A stretch of 64,000 nucleotides of DNA from an uncultured Christensenella sp. (GCA_950079155.1 CATMWH010000003.1:172247-236246), one strand, 5' to 3'. Positions 1 through 10,935 are shown, numbered from the stretch's first letter. The notes: generated by a model not told the origin, from the letters alone. Numbers and translations are program-made.

Positions 1-1
1 C

Positions 2-364
2 GACTTTTTTGCCCCCATTAAGATAGAACTTGCTCCCAATCAAACTGTCAAGATACCTACCGGTATTCGCGTGGAGATCGAAGAAAATTGGGTGCTTAAA
101 TGTTATCCTAGAAGCGGTCTTGGATTCAAGTTTAGATTGCAACTCAACAACACCGTCGGCATTATAGACAGCGACTATTTCCATTCTTCCAACGAAGGAC
201 ATATTTTCTGCAAACTTACAAATGCTACCAATGAGAACAAGACAGTCGTAGTCAATCAAGGAGACGGCTTTATTCAAGGCATATTTATCGAATACGGAAT
301 TACCGTTGACGATGAAGTCAGCGCAAAGCGCGACGGCGGATTTGGGTCTACGACAAAAAAATAA
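2..364 (+). CDS. dut: dUTP diphosphatase (5'-truncated by window edge)
   Basis: Frame open from base 2 (DFFAPIKIELAPNQTVKIPTGIR...); trimeric dUTPase motifs PRSGLG, GIIDSDY, RDGGFGST. Confidence 0.95.
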   Translation, partial: DFFAPIKIELAPNQTVKIPTGIRVEIEENWVLKCYPRSGLGFKFRLQLNNTVGIIDSDYFHSSNEGHIFCKLTNATNENKTVVVNQGDGFIQGIFIEYGITVDDEVSAKRDGGFGSTTKK

Positions 365-372
365 TTTTTTTC

Positions 373-411
373 AAAAATAGAGCAGAAATTTTGATTGCTG
401 CTCTATTTTTT
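373..411. terminator. Intrinsic terminator after dut
   Basis: aaaaatagagcag / ctgctctattttt inverted repeat with A and T tails. Confidence 0.75.
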
Positions 412-621
412 CTAGCAGATGTCGATTATTTGTTTGATAAAATAAAATTCTAAAATTATGTCAAAATTTTTTCTGAATACTATTGCAATTTCTTTTTTAT
501 TATGTTAAACTATACTCAAGATAAGGGTACTTTTATTTTTTAACAATACAATTTAATTGTGTTAAATGGTTGTATATGTTAACTATGGTAATTGTCAAAA
601 ATTTCAAGAGGAGACATAATT

Positions 622-1827
622 ATGGAAGAAGTTAAAACAAAAGTAGTTATAATATTATTAATTTGTGCTATCGTTTTATTGGTTATATTTTCTGGAACAC
701 TATGTACTGGTTCAAAAAATGCTGAACTGGACATAGAATTAAGCAAATTAACAGTGGCAGATGGCGCTCAAAAATTTTATAAATTTATATCTCCAGATAT
801 TGCGTGTGAAATCGTTAAATCCAGAGTAGAGACAATTTATTGTGAAAATGTAATCATTACGAAATGTGATCCTATTTATGATCTGGAAGAGAATTTTTTT
901 GGATATGAAGTAATGTTTGAAACAGAATTTTATTGTGATAAAATGATAGTGTTGGATACAAATGATTTTAATTTGCTTATATATCAATTTACTTTGTACA
1001 CTTTAAAAAACTCAAGTAGTGTTTGTATAAATAATTTGGATTCTACAAATAGAGAGCGTGATAGTATAATAAAAAAATATATCGTGTCTCCCTTTGAAAT
1101 TGGAGAGTGTGTAGATAGCAAGCGGGTTAAAATTTTTAATAATATTGTGAGTTTGGAGTCATTAAAATTTAATCCTAATAAATTTTTGCCTAATACGTTG
1201 TCTATGTCTCATACAGTAGAAGATGTGCTGCCAAATGATTACAAGAAGGATAAGGACTTTTCTAAGTGGTTTGGCAGTGGCAAGAGCATAAGTGTATATC
1301 AAAAATTTATTACAAATGCTGAGAACTTTCGTCCTACTTCCCAAAATTCATTGAACTATGAAACAAGTAATTGTGGTGCGGCTGCGTCTTTCAATGTGTT
1401 GAAATATTATAATGATTGCAGAAGATATAATATTTTTAAAAATAAAAGCGAATATGAGGTTTATTATAAACTTATTAGTTATATGGGAGCAGAATTTGAT
1501 ACCAGTATATATCAAATGGCTGAGGGGATAACCAAATATATAAATAATGAAACTGATAAATCGGCAAGTTTCACTCACTATGTTCTGCCTATGTGGAATT
1601 ATTTTAAAGGAGATTTAGATAATAATAATCCAGTATTATATTGTATAGTTGCTAGTAATGGACCTCACGCAATGAGTGCAGTTGGTTACTTAGAAGTTAA
1701 GGAAAATAAAAAAATATTGCCGAAGAAGTTTAAATTTTTGATAGTAGCAGGCGGATATGGGACTTTATCATATACCAATTTTGATGCAATTGATTGGAAA
1801 TTAGGTTGTGTAATAAAGGTAAAATAG
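622..1827 (+). CDS. Secreted/membrane-anchored protein with C-terminal C39-like (papain-fold) peptidase domain
   Basis: RBS gaggag before ATG 622; N-terminal hydrophobic helix; Cys motif SNCGAAASFNVLKYY and His motif GPHAMSAVGY. Confidence 0.65.
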   Translation: MEEVKTKVVIILLICAIVLLVIFSGTLCTGSKNAELDIELSKLTVADGAQKFYKFISPDIACEIVKSRVETIYCENVIITKCDPIYDLEENFFGYEVMFETEFYCDKMIVLDTNDFNLLIYQFTLYTLKNSSSVCINNLDSTNRERDSIIKKYIVSPFEIGECVDSKRVKIFNNIVSLESLKFNPNKFLPNTLSMSHTVEDVLPNDYKKDKDFSKWFGSGKSISVYQKFITNAENFRPTSQNSLNYETSNCGAAASFNVLKYYNDCRRYNIFKNKSEYEVYYKLISYMGAEFDTSIYQMAEGITKYINNETDKSASFTHYVLPMWNYFKGDLDNNNPVLYCIVASNGPHAMSAVGYLEVKENKKILPKKFKFLIVAGGYGTLSYTNFDAIDWKLGCVIKVK

Positions 1828-1836
1828 AGGGGAACT

Positions 1837-2391
1837 ATGAAAAGAAAAATATTTGTTTTTACAGCATTATTGTTGGTACTTCTGACAGCGACACTTTCTA
1901 CGGCGTGTGTTGGCAGTTGGATAAAGGTCAAGCCGCTAGAAGATTATGATTTCTCGATAGATAATATCGTAGAAGTGCGTATCAGTGATGCGCCAATGAC
2001 GGTGACTCTGCACGGTACGATATTCGGAGTAAAGAAAGGAGATAGCAAAGAGGGAGACGAGGCAATAAGCGCTATAGCAGATGCTTGGTCGACTCTACAA
2101 TGCGATGCGGTTTTTAGAAAAGGTAAAAAACTTAATATTTTTATAGTCACAGGAGGAACGTATTATTATGAATGCATCTTTGCTGACGGCAGTAGCGTCA
2201 AAATGACAAAAGACGTAATAAGCAACTTATATTTCAATGATGGCGGTTGTGTGAGAATAAATGACGAGGATAAACTTGCCACGTTCCACAACGCTTTTGA
2301 GCAGATAAGGAAAAAGCAAAATATCGTAGGTCATAACTCTGTTAATCACGACGACAATTGCGACTGCGACCAACCGCCAACGCAGGAATAA
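1837..2391 (+). CDS. Putative lipoprotein, unknown function
   Basis: Basic N-terminus, hydrophobic core, lipobox-like LSTA-C; RBS gagggg. Confidence 0.65.
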   Translation: MKRKIFVFTALLLVLLTATLSTACVGSWIKVKPLEDYDFSIDNIVEVRISDAPMTVTLHGTIFGVKKGDSKEGDEAISAIADAWSTLQCDAVFRKGKKLNIFIVTGGTYYYECIFADGSSVKMTKDVISNLYFNDGGCVRINDEDKLATFHNAFEQIRKKQNIVGHNSVNHDDNCDCDQPPTQE

Positions 2392-2404
2392 TCTTAATAA
2401 AAAC

Positions 2405-2430
2405 AAACGAGAGCAGATTGCTCTCGTTTT
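2405..2430. terminator. Bidirectional terminator between lipoprotein gene and nrdG
   Basis: aaacgagagca-gat-tgctctcgttt hairpin. Confidence 0.75.
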
Positions 2431-2472
2431 GTCTTTTGTGTATATCGTGTTTCTTTTGTTGACCGATTAGTA

Positions 2473-2961
2473 TTATGCGTGCAAGACCACTTCACCTGTT
2501 TTTAGCGTGGCGGGCACGTCTATTACTCTTTGATTGGAAGAGCCCTTCCAATAGAGTTTTGGATCTAGAAGTTCGATTTTGAATTTTCCGTCGACCATTA
2601 CGTCGAGATACTTGACGATATCCCAATCTTTTACTTCTTCCCACTCGTATCCACTGTAAAGCCAAATCGTCTTCTTAGGATATTTTTTGCGTATCTCTTT
2701 TGCAAGTTGCAATACGCAATCCCTGTTGGCAGGGTGGAGAGGGTCTCCGCCCGAGAATGTAATTCCCGATACGTATGATTTATCGAGTTCGTCAAAGATT
2801 TCTTTCTTTTCAGCGTCAGTGAATTCAAGTCCGCCGTTGACGTCCCAAGTGATGGGGTTTTGGCACTCTTTGCAGTGGTGGTTGCAACCTGCGACCCACA
2901 GAACTACTCTCAATCCGTCGCCGTTGAGCATATCGTCTTTTGTAATATTGTGGTATCGCAT
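2473..2961 (-). CDS. nrdG: Anaerobic ribonucleotide reductase activating enzyme
   Basis: NGDGLRVVLWVAGCNHHCKECQNP radical-SAM CxxxCxxC, GITFSGGDP, WKGSSNQRVID; downstream of nrdD. Confidence 0.96.
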   Translation of the reverse strand: MRYHNITKDDMLNGDGLRVVLWVAGCNHHCKECQNPITWDVNGGLEFTDAEKKEIFDELDKSYVSGITFSGGDPLHPANRDCVLQLAKEIRKKYPKKTIWLYSGYEWEEVKDWDIVKYLDVMVDGKFKIELLDPKLYWKGSSNQRVIDVPATLKTGEVVLHA

Positions 2962-2963
2962 AA

Positions 2964-5084
2964 TTACATACTCTTCCTATCTTTTATTTCTGCCATCTTT
3001 GCTTCATTGAGACGAGTGTCGCCCTTTACTCTCGAATATGAGAGATATCCGTTCATTCTCTCGATCTTAGTGAGGTTTTTGCTTCCGCACTTAGGGCATA
3101 CGTCCATACTTAACTCTTGGTGACCGCAGTCGTCACAATATGCTAAAGAGAGGTTGACGCCTTCGTAGAAACCCATTGCCATTGCTCTTCTTATGAGTGT
3201 GCGAATTGCTTCTTTGTTGTAGTCAATCGGGTATTTTACATACTGTATCTTGCCACCGTTGAGCAAATCCCAAAATCTGTTTTCGAGATTTTGTTTTTGA
3301 ATAGGCGAAAGGTCTTCCGATACGTGACAGTGGAAAGAGTTGGTTACATAAGGTCTGTCGCTTACGTTTTCCACGATGCCGTATTGCTTTCTGAATTGCT
3401 CGACTTGCAATCCGCAAAGACTCTCTGCCGGAGTGCCGTACATTGCGTACAATACGTGGTCTTGTTCCTTAAACTCGTTGATTTTCTTATTGATATATAT
3501 CATTACTTCGAGGGCAAACTCGCCGTCTTCGGCAATTGATTTTTTGTTGTGCAACTCTTGCAATTCGTTGAGCGCAGTGATACCGAAAGACGCTGTCGAC
3601 GCTTTGAGAAGCGGGGCAATTCTGTCGCTGTATTTGAGATGACCGCCGTAGAATCCGCCTTCGCAGTAAGCAAGCGGGTTTGTAGAGGCTCTCATTTGAC
3701 CTAGATACTCGTATGTGCGCAAGTGAAGTTTGCGAATAAGTTCGAGATAATAGTCGAGCACTTCGTAGAAATCCTTTGATTCCTGTTTTGCCTTTGCGTA
3801 TATCATAGGTAAGTGCAGACTTACCGCGCCGATATTAAATCTGCCGACGAAGATAGGCTTATCGTTTTCGTCTTGAGGATACATTCCGCCCTTTTCGTAC
3901 CAAGGTGAGAGGAATGCTCTGCAACCCATAGGGGATATTACTTCGCCGTATTTTTTGTATATGCTTGCAACGTATCCTTCGCCTGTCAAAGACAGCCAAT
4001 CGGGATACATCGTCTTGGAAGAGCAGTCTACGCCGGCTTCGAATACGTCTTCGAGTTCTTTGCCGGGACCGTGCAAGTTTTCGTCATACAAGAATACAAT
4101 CTTGGGGAAAAGCACCGGCTTTTTGCATTCCTTCTTGCCTTGTCCGCCTTTGCGAACTTCAAGCATACATATATTTGCCATTTTGGCAAATCTTGATGTT
4201 CCCAGACCTCCGGAGATTGTAATAAACGGATAATCGCCTCTTGAAGACGCAACTGTGTTGAATTTGTATTCCCAGCCTTGGAAGCCTTGCATCATATCTT
4301 TGCGTACGTCTTTGATTGCTTCTTCTTCGGCTTTTTCTTTGGTAAGCCCCATACCGATATATCTATCGTATTGTTTTTGGAAAGTTTTTTCTGCATAAGG
4401 CTCAAGTATCTTATCTACTTGAGGCACGGTAAATCCGCCGTATTGCTGACTTGCCGCAGAGAGGACTATATCTCCGATTACATCAAAAGCCACGTCAAGG
4501 GTCTTTGGCTCATTGTACCAAATGTTGCCCATTTCAAATCCGCCTTTGAGTACGGTCGCTACGTCAAAGAGACAGCAGTTCATAGTGTCTCTTCTTGCGG
4601 ACATATCGTGAATGTAGATATATCCGTCGCGGCAGGCTTGCAATTCGTCTTTTGTCAAGAAGAACTTCTGATAGAGTTCTTTATTGAGTTGATTGAATAT
4701 AAGACTTCTCTTTGTTGATACGAGCGCAGAATCGGAATTGGAATTTTCCTTGTCGCCTATATACATAATGGCTTGGCTCTTTTTATATACCTCGTCAAGC
4801 ATATGTACGAAATCTTGTTTGTAATTGCGGTAATCCTTATAACTCTTGGCTACAGCGGGGTTGAGCGATTCAAGAGCGTATTCAACGACGTTGTGCATTT
4901 CGCTGATACTGATAAAATCTTTGTTCATAGAAGCGACTTTTTTATTTACAAAATCGCATATAAAGTCAATATCTTCATCGCTGAATTTTACCAATGCTCT
5001 GTAAGCAGACTTGTTGACGGCAGTTACTACCTTCTGGACATTGTATTCTTCTTTAGTCCCATCTTTTTTAATTACGTACATCAT
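2964..5084 (-). CDS. nrdD: Anaerobic ribonucleoside-triphosphate reductase (class III)
   Basis: ATP-cone start (VIKKDG), YIYIHD, TPAESLC, C-terminal CxxC/CPKCGS and glycyl-radical RMNGYL; RBS aggaga. Confidence 0.97.
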   Translation of the reverse strand: MMYVIKKDGTKEEYNVQKVVTAVNKSAYRALVKFSDEDIDFICDFVNKKVASMNKDFISISEMHNVVEYALESLNPAVAKSYKDYRNYKQDFVHMLDEVYKKSQAIMYIGDKENSNSDSALVSTKRSLIFNQLNKELYQKFFLTKDELQACRDGYIYIHDMSARRDTMNCCLFDVATVLKGGFEMGNIWYNEPKTLDVAFDVIGDIVLSAASQQYGGFTVPQVDKILEPYAEKTFQKQYDRYIGMGLTKEKAEEEAIKDVRKDMMQGFQGWEYKFNTVASSRGDYPFITISGGLGTSRFAKMANICMLEVRKGGQGKKECKKPVLFPKIVFLYDENLHGPGKELEDVFEAGVDCSSKTMYPDWLSLTGEGYVASIYKKYGEVISPMGCRAFLSPWYEKGGMYPQDENDKPIFVGRFNIGAVSLHLPMIYAKAKQESKDFYEVLDYYLELIRKLHLRTYEYLGQMRASTNPLAYCEGGFYGGHLKYSDRIAPLLKASTASFGITALNELQELHNKKSIAEDGEFALEVMIYINKKINEFKEQDHVLYAMYGTPAESLCGLQVEQFRKQYGIVENVSDRPYVTNSFHCHVSEDLSPIQKQNLENRFWDLLNGGKIQYVKYPIDYNKEAIRTLIRRAMAMGFYEGVNLSLAYCDDCGHQELSMDVCPKCGSKNLTKIERMNGYLSYSRVKGDTRLNEAKMAEIKDRKSM

Positions 5085-5197
5085 ACTTTCTCTCCTATTC
5101 ATTCGTTGCAAGATTGATTATAGCATATAGATACTGCTTATGCAAGGCAAATATGCAAAATAAATTAAAAAAAATTTATAAAATTTGCTTGACAAAC

Positions 5198-5243
5198 CAC
5201 AATATCTTGTGATTAGTAATATAATAATTGTCTATATACTGTA
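5198..5243. promoter_or_regulatory. Tandem NrdR boxes
   Basis: cacaatatcttgtg (5198-5211) and weaker gtctatatactgta (5230-5243), 32 bp apart, upstream of nrdD. Confidence 0.7.
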
Positions 5244-5479
5244 TTATACCCAAATGTTTTAAATGCTAAAATCGACACATAGCGAGTTTTTATTTTGACG
5301 TAATAATCCTAGGATATGATAGTGTCGAAATTGTTGTATAGCAATTCGATATGCATTGCGATTGATATAAATACGTTGAAAAATATATTGCGGTATTATA
5401 TAATATAAAAAGTATATAAAATCAATATTATATCCAATAAAATAAGCGCTTCAAGCGTTTAATTGTCAAAGAGGTATTT

Positions 5480-6007
5480 GTGCAGAAGAATTTAGATGAG
5501 TTGTTGGAGAGGATAAAGCGAGGGGACGAAGAGGCTTTTGGAGAGTTGTATAGACAGACTTCAAGGCAGGTTTTTGCATATTTGTTGACAATAGTTGACG
5601 AATATCACACCGCAGAAGACCTCACGCAAGATACTTATATAAAAATAAGAAAGGGTGTTGGCAATTATCAGAGTGGTAACGCTTTTGCTTGGATAATGCA
5701 AATAGCAAAGAATGCCGCGTTGTCCGACAAAAGAAAAAATTCGCGGATAACGTCTACTGATTTTGAGAGAGGATATGTGAAAGAACAGAGTTATACTCAC
5801 GATTTTGACGGAATACCTATACTCGAGATAATTAGGACTAGGTTTGACGATATTGACTCCAAAATTCTTCTTATGCACCTGTCGGCTGGATATAAACACA
5901 GAGAGATTGCCTCGCAGTTGAAGATACCGTTGGGAACGGTGCTGTGGAGATACAACAAAGCCATAAAAAACTTGCAGAAAATAATAAAGGAGGAGTACGG
6001 ACAATGA
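5480..6007 (+). CDS. ECF RNA polymerase sigma factor
   Basis: Region 2 (AEDLTQDTY, AWIMQIAKN) and region 4 (YKHREIASQLKIPLGTVLWR). Confidence 0.92.
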   Translation: MQKNLDELLERIKRGDEEAFGELYRQTSRQVFAYLLTIVDEYHTAEDLTQDTYIKIRKGVGNYQSGNAFAWIMQIAKNAALSDKRKNSRITSTDFERGYVKEQSYTHDFDGIPILEIIRTRFDDIDSKILLMHLSAGYKHREIASQLKIPLGTVLWRYNKAIKNLQKIIKEEYGQ

Positions 6008-7296
6008 AAAGAAAAGAGATAAAACAACTTTTGAACAGACAGTTGGACGAAATCGCGCCCGCAATATCCGATAAAGTAAAACGTACTCCGTTGAAAACAG
6101 TCGTGGACAAAAATTTACAGGATAGACCTGTTAAGAAGCCGGGAACAAGAATTGCTTTCCCCAAGTGGGCTTACGCCGTTGCGTGCGTCGCGGTAGTAGT
6201 AGTTATTGCAATGTCTTGCGGTTTATATTACGGACTTAAGCCGTCGGGAGAGAATGGCGCTCCGCAGACTGTATGCTATATCGTCGATATAAATCCCAGT
6301 ATCGTGATTACGGCTGATAAAAACGGAAAGGTCACTCATATATCTTCGCAAAATCAAGACGGAGACGTCGTCTTGTCAAGTAGCGCGTTTGACAATTACG
6401 TCAATATGAGCGTGGATGAGTGTGTCAACGCAATTATTGAGCAATCTGCAAAATTAGGTTATATAGATTGCAATTCAAAGGATAATAAGGTTACGCTTAC
6501 GCTCGTCGGCGACGACGCAAGCAATGCCGTTTCCATTGACTCGATTGCCGATAAAGCTCAAAATTTTTTGAGAAAACTCAACGTGTTCGGAGTGATAGAT
6601 ACATCGGTGTCCGACGTTAAGAGTTACGTGCAGTCTAAAGGCTGGGAATATACGTCGTCAAGTTTGGACGCATATATGGACAATATTATTTTGCAGAGCA
6701 AATATGTGCTTGGCGCGGAATATTGCGGCGACTTTGGCAAAGAAGCGGAGAAATATCTCGGGCAATATTATCAAGATATTGTCGAGAAAAAGATGCTTCT
6801 TGAAAGATTGGGCGCAAAACTCGGCGATATTAAAGACGTGGACGGTAATGACGTCAATTATTGGATATATAAAATGCTTGAAGGCACTTTCCTTGCGCCA
6901 AAATTATCTGATAGCGCGAAGACGGCAGTCAAGGAATGCGACGAGATTGTCGCAAGTCTAAATTCTTTCGGCATAGACGTGAGCAGTAGCGCGCAATACG
7001 GATACTATGTTGCAAAATACGCTATAGCCGAAGAGGTTGGCAAGTTTTTTGACGAAGTAAAGAATTTTATTTACGACAGCGAGTTTTTCAATATGTTTTT
7101 ATCTATTGTAGACGACGAGGACAGACAGAAGTTTGAAGTTTTGCAAAATCAATTGAATGGCTATTACAACGACGTAGTCGTATTACTTGATAGCCGGTTC
7201 AAAGATAGAATAGAGAAGTATTCGCCTATTTTCAATAATAGACCGACGATATCCGATAAGGAATACGACGAGTTTTTGCAAGGAATATTAAAATAG
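6004..7296 (+). CDS. Anti-sigma factor, RsgI-like
   Basis: ATGA overlap with sigma gene; single TM then YIVDINPSIVITADKNGKV, resembling the RsgI juxtamembrane domain. Confidence 0.75.
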   Translation: MKRKEIKQLLNRQLDEIAPAISDKVKRTPLKTVVDKNLQDRPVKKPGTRIAFPKWAYAVACVAVVVVIAMSCGLYYGLKPSGENGAPQTVCYIVDINPSIVITADKNGKVTHISSQNQDGDVVLSSSAFDNYVNMSVDECVNAIIEQSAKLGYIDCNSKDNKVTLTLVGDDASNAVSIDSIADKAQNFLRKLNVFGVIDTSVSDVKSYVQSKGWEYTSSSLDAYMDNIILQSKYVLGAEYCGDFGKEAEKYLGQYYQDIVEKKMLLERLGAKLGDIKDVDGNDVNYWIYKMLEGTFLAPKLSDSAKTAVKECDEIVASLNSFGIDVSSSAQYGYYVAKYAIAEEVGKFFDEVKNFIYDSEFFNMFLSIVDDEDRQKFEVLQNQLNGYYNDVVVLLDSRFKDRIEKYSPIFNNRPTISDKEYDEFLQGILK

Positions 7297-7325
7297 ACTT
7301 TCCCAACATTTTATCCCCCATATAA

Positions 7326-7355
7326 GCCAAGCGGCTCAAGAGCCGCTTGGCATTT
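7326..7355 (+). terminator. Intrinsic terminator
   Basis: gccaagcggctc-aa-gagccgcttggc hairpin. Confidence 0.75.
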
Positions 7356-7476
7356 ATATTGCGAGTTATACTTTTATCCTATGGATAAACTTGACTTTGC
7401 GTCTAAAAATGTTATATATTATTTAAGGTTGAAAGCAATAGGCAGTAACGTATCGTAAATTATATTATTTGTCATA

Positions 7477-9294
7477 TTGCAGGATTTTGTTATGCATACA
7501 CAAGAAAGATTAAAGACAATGGGTGAAAAACTCAAAAATATCGTGCTTCCCGTCGTTGCTTACGGCGGTGTTGCGGGAATTCTCTCCGGCTTTTTGGTTG
7601 GGGTATTCAACTTTGTCGCGCGGTATTTGGTCGAAGTGTCCGGAAAGATATACCAAAGCGTGATTACTCATTTATGGGCAATACCTATCTTTTTCCTTGG
7701 ACTGGCGGCGCTTGCAATGCTTATGGCGCTGTTGCATAGGCATATCCCCAATGTGCGAGGCAGCGGTATTCCCAACGTAGAGGGCAGTGTGCGCGGCGTG
7801 CTGTCTTTTAAGTGGCTGAGGACTTTATTTGGCACTCTCGTCGGTTCATTTATCAGTTTTTTTGCAGGGCTTCCTTTGGGTAGTGAAGGTCCCAGCGTTC
7901 AACTCAGCGCAATGTCCGCGCAAGGCGTAACGGAAATAATGAAAGCCAAACTTACTTGGCGCAGGTACATAATAGCAGGCGGAGCGGGCGCAGGTATAGC
8001 CGTTGCGTTCAACGCGCCGCTCGCAGGCATAATATTTGCAATGGAGGAGTGTCACAAGCGCATAACGCCTATGATACTTCTATGCGCGTCCTCGTCTGTT
8101 ATTTCAGGTACCGCCACGTATAGATTGCTTGGTATGGCTATCAAAGATTCCAAGTGGTCAAGCACTTCTATGCTCTTTGATATCAACGGACTTGAGCCTT
8201 TTGGCGACTTCAAACAAATGAGTTCTGTAGGCGAATTTGCAGGAGTGCTCGGCATACTTATAGGTATAGGCATAGTCATAGGCGCGCTTGCGATACTTTT
8301 CAACTTTTTGTTGATACGTTCGCAAAAAATTCTAGATAAACACGTCAAAAAGTTCCCTTATTGGGCTAGGCTTTTGGTTGCGTTTTTGCTTACGGGCGCG
8401 CTTGGACTTATATTCACAAAATGTTTTGATGAAGACGGATACGCTTTTCTCAATACCGGCGGACATTCTCTGATAGATTTGCTTTGTCACAGCGGAATGA
8501 AATATTCGTTCTTTATGCTTTTGGGCGTACTTATTTTGAGAATGATACTTTTGTTGGTATGCTACAATTCGGGAGCGACAGGCGGATTGTTTATACCTAT
8601 GCTTGCAATTGGCTCGTTGCTTGGCGCAATGTTGGGTACGTTGTTTGTCAAAATGGGTATGGATTCTATGTATTTCCCTGCCGTAATAGTAATATCTATG
8701 ACTACGTTTTTTGGGGCAAGCGTACGCGCGCCTATTACGGCAATCGTGCTTGTAGTAGAGTTGTCGGGATATCAATCCGACTTCTTGCCTGTTGCGATAT
8801 CCATATTCACGGCGTATCTCGTTGCGGAAATACTCGGAAATACTCCTATTTACGACAGTATGGTAGACAGGCTTGTTGAGCAGACGGCGGGCAACGTAAT
8901 CAAAAAAGATTTTGTTATCGCAGTGGAAAAAGGCACTTTTGCCGTAGGAAGACAAATCAAAGATATTATGTGGCCGGCAGGCGCGCTTATTACGCAAGTC
9001 GTCAGAGAAAACGGCGAAAGTCTTATCCCTGACGGTAAGACGGAGTTGCAGGCGGGAGATAAACTTACCATAGCGGTAGAGAGCGTCGATTTCAATGAGA
9101 CAGAGGAGTTTATATCTTATCTTGTAGAGAAAAATAAGTCAAAAGTCAACTTAGATGCTGACGCCCGTCGGGAAGACAAAGCGCAGAGCGTCGAAAAAAT
9201 TTCCGACAATGCCGATCTGGATCAGGATATGTCAAAACAAGATACCGTAGGCGGAGATAGCCGCGAAAAGCAGGATGGAGAGAATGAAGAATGA
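7477..9294 (+). CDS. ClC-family chloride channel / H+/Cl- antiporter with C-terminal TrkA-C domain (start may be 7492 or 7519)
   Basis: ClC motifs GSGIP, GSEGPSVQ, AFNAPLAG, GGLFIP; C-terminal ...IPDGKTELQAGD RCK-C pattern. Confidence 0.9.
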   Translation: MQDFVMHTQERLKTMGEKLKNIVLPVVAYGGVAGILSGFLVGVFNFVARYLVEVSGKIYQSVITHLWAIPIFFLGLAALAMLMALLHRHIPNVRGSGIPNVEGSVRGVLSFKWLRTLFGTLVGSFISFFAGLPLGSEGPSVQLSAMSAQGVTEIMKAKLTWRRYIIAGGAGAGIAVAFNAPLAGIIFAMEECHKRITPMILLCASSSVISGTATYRLLGMAIKDSKWSSTSMLFDINGLEPFGDFKQMSSVGEFAGVLGILIGIGIVIGALAILFNFLLIRSQKILDKHVKKFPYWARLLVAFLLTGALGLIFTKCFDEDGYAFLNTGGHSLIDLLCHSGMKYSFFMLLGVLILRMILLLVCYNSGATGGLFIPMLAIGSLLGAMLGTLFVKMGMDSMYFPAVIVISMTTFFGASVRAPITAIVLVVELSGYQSDFLPVAISIFTAYLVAEILGNTPIYDSMVDRLVEQTAGNVIKKDFVIAVEKGTFAVGRQIKDIMWPAGALITQVVRENGESLIPDGKTELQAGDKLTIAVESVDFNETEEFISYLVEKNKSKVNLDADARREDKAQSVEKISDNADLDQDMSKQDTVGGDSREKQDGENEE

Positions 9295-10838
9295 GTGTAT
9301 TGACAATAAAAGGACTTACGCATATATTTGATTCAAAGACGCTGTTCAACGACGCGGATCTGAGCGTCAACAACGGCGAACATATAGGAGTCGTCGGACT
9401 TAACGGAGCAGGCAAGTCTACTTTTATGAATATTATTACCGGCAAACTTACGCAGGACGCCGGTGAAATCAAATGGCTCAACGGCATTAGGTGGGGCTAT
9501 CTCGACCAGCACGCCGATATTGACAGAAGTCAAAGCGTTATGGAGTATTTGCAAGGTTCGTTTGACCATTTATATCAACTCAATGAGAGACTTGAGAAGT
9601 TGTATGCAGATATGGCAACCGAAGAGGATATGGACAAACTCGACAGAATGGTCAACAAGTCGGCGTCTATGCAAGAGCAACTCGATGAGAGCGGCTTTTA
9701 CGATCTTGATTCCAAGATAAAAAAAGTTGCCAACGGATTGGGAGTAAACAACTTCGGTTACGACACGATAGTAGGCAATCTCAGCGGCGGACAGAGAGCA
9801 AAACTTATGCTATCCAAGTTGTTGCTTGAAGAACTTGACGTGATGTTGCTTGACGAGCCTACCAACTTCCTGGATTTAGAGCAAATAGAGTGGCTCCGCA
9901 AATATCTTGACGGCTTTAAGGGTACGTTTATACTCATATCTCACGACACGGCGTTTCTCAACAGTGTATGTAAGATAATAGTCAATATCGAAAACGGTAT
10001 GATAAAGAAGTATTGGGGCAACTATGACGAGTTTATGCTCCAACACGAGCAAAATGCAAAGCAATACGCAGAAAGTTATGAGCGTCAACAGAGAGAAATC
10101 AAAAAGATGGAAGATTATATCGCTCGCAACAAGGCGAGGGCGGCGACGGCAGGTATGGCAAATAGCCGCAAAAAGATGCTCGATAGAATAGACGTAATGC
10201 AAAAACCCATATCGTTTGAAAAGCCGACTTTCTCATTTCCGTATACTTTATTGGTGACAAAACACTTGCTTGAAGTCAAGAATCTGCAAGTAGGATACGA
10301 CGGCAAAGCAATACTTCCTCCTATATCTTTTGAAATGGAATCAACGACCAAATTGTGGCTTCGTGGTACCAACGGACTTGGAAAGACGACGATACTCAAA
10401 ACTATTATGAAGAGACTGCCGGCAATAGGCGGATCTTTCAACTTCAATATTAACAGCAAAATCAATTATATAGAGCAAGATTTGCAGTTCCGCTCTAAGG
10501 ATATCAACGCAATTACTTTTATGAACGAAACGTATCCTAGAATGAGTCAAAAGGAAATTCGCACTCAACTTGCCAAAGTGGGAATAAAGAACGATTTGGC
10601 AACCAAGTCAATTGCAAATCTCTCCGGCGGAGAACAGGTCAAGATCAAACTTTGCGCGCTTATGCAAAAGGAAAGTAATATTCTCATTTTGGACGAGCCG
10701 ACAAATCACCTTGACGTGTCGGCAAAAGAAGCGCTTTTTGAGGCGCTTGAGGTATATGACGGCGCAATAATTCTCGTAAGCCACGAGCCTATGTATGCGG
10801 AAAATCTTTGCACTGAAATTTTTGATATTGAGTTTTAA
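9291..10838 (+). CDS. ABC-F family ATP-binding protein
   Basis: Two ABC domains (GLNGAGKST/LSGGQ/LLDEPTN; GTNGLGKTT/LSGGE/ILDEPTN), no TM. Confidence 0.93.
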   Translation: MSVLTIKGLTHIFDSKTLFNDADLSVNNGEHIGVVGLNGAGKSTFMNIITGKLTQDAGEIKWLNGIRWGYLDQHADIDRSQSVMEYLQGSFDHLYQLNERLEKLYADMATEEDMDKLDRMVNKSASMQEQLDESGFYDLDSKIKKVANGLGVNNFGYDTIVGNLSGGQRAKLMLSKLLLEELDVMLLDEPTNFLDLEQIEWLRKYLDGFKGTFILISHDTAFLNSVCKIIVNIENGMIKKYWGNYDEFMLQHEQNAKQYAESYERQQREIKKMEDYIARNKARAATAGMANSRKKMLDRIDVMQKPISFEKPTFSFPYTLLVTKHLLEVKNLQVGYDGKAILPPISFEMESTTKLWLRGTNGLGKTTILKTIMKRLPAIGGSFNFNINSKINYIEQDLQFRSKDINAITFMNETYPRMSQKEIRTQLAKVGIKNDLATKSIANLSGGEQVKIKLCALMQKESNILILDEPTNHLDVSAKEALFEALEVYDGAIILVSHEPMYAENLCTEIFDIEF

Positions 10839-10935
10839 CAAGAAATAAAATTTTGTCAAAAATTGTAGTTTTAACGAACAGTTATCTTGACATTGCTTGG
10901 AAGATTATTATATAATAGTCAAAACGGAGAGCAAA

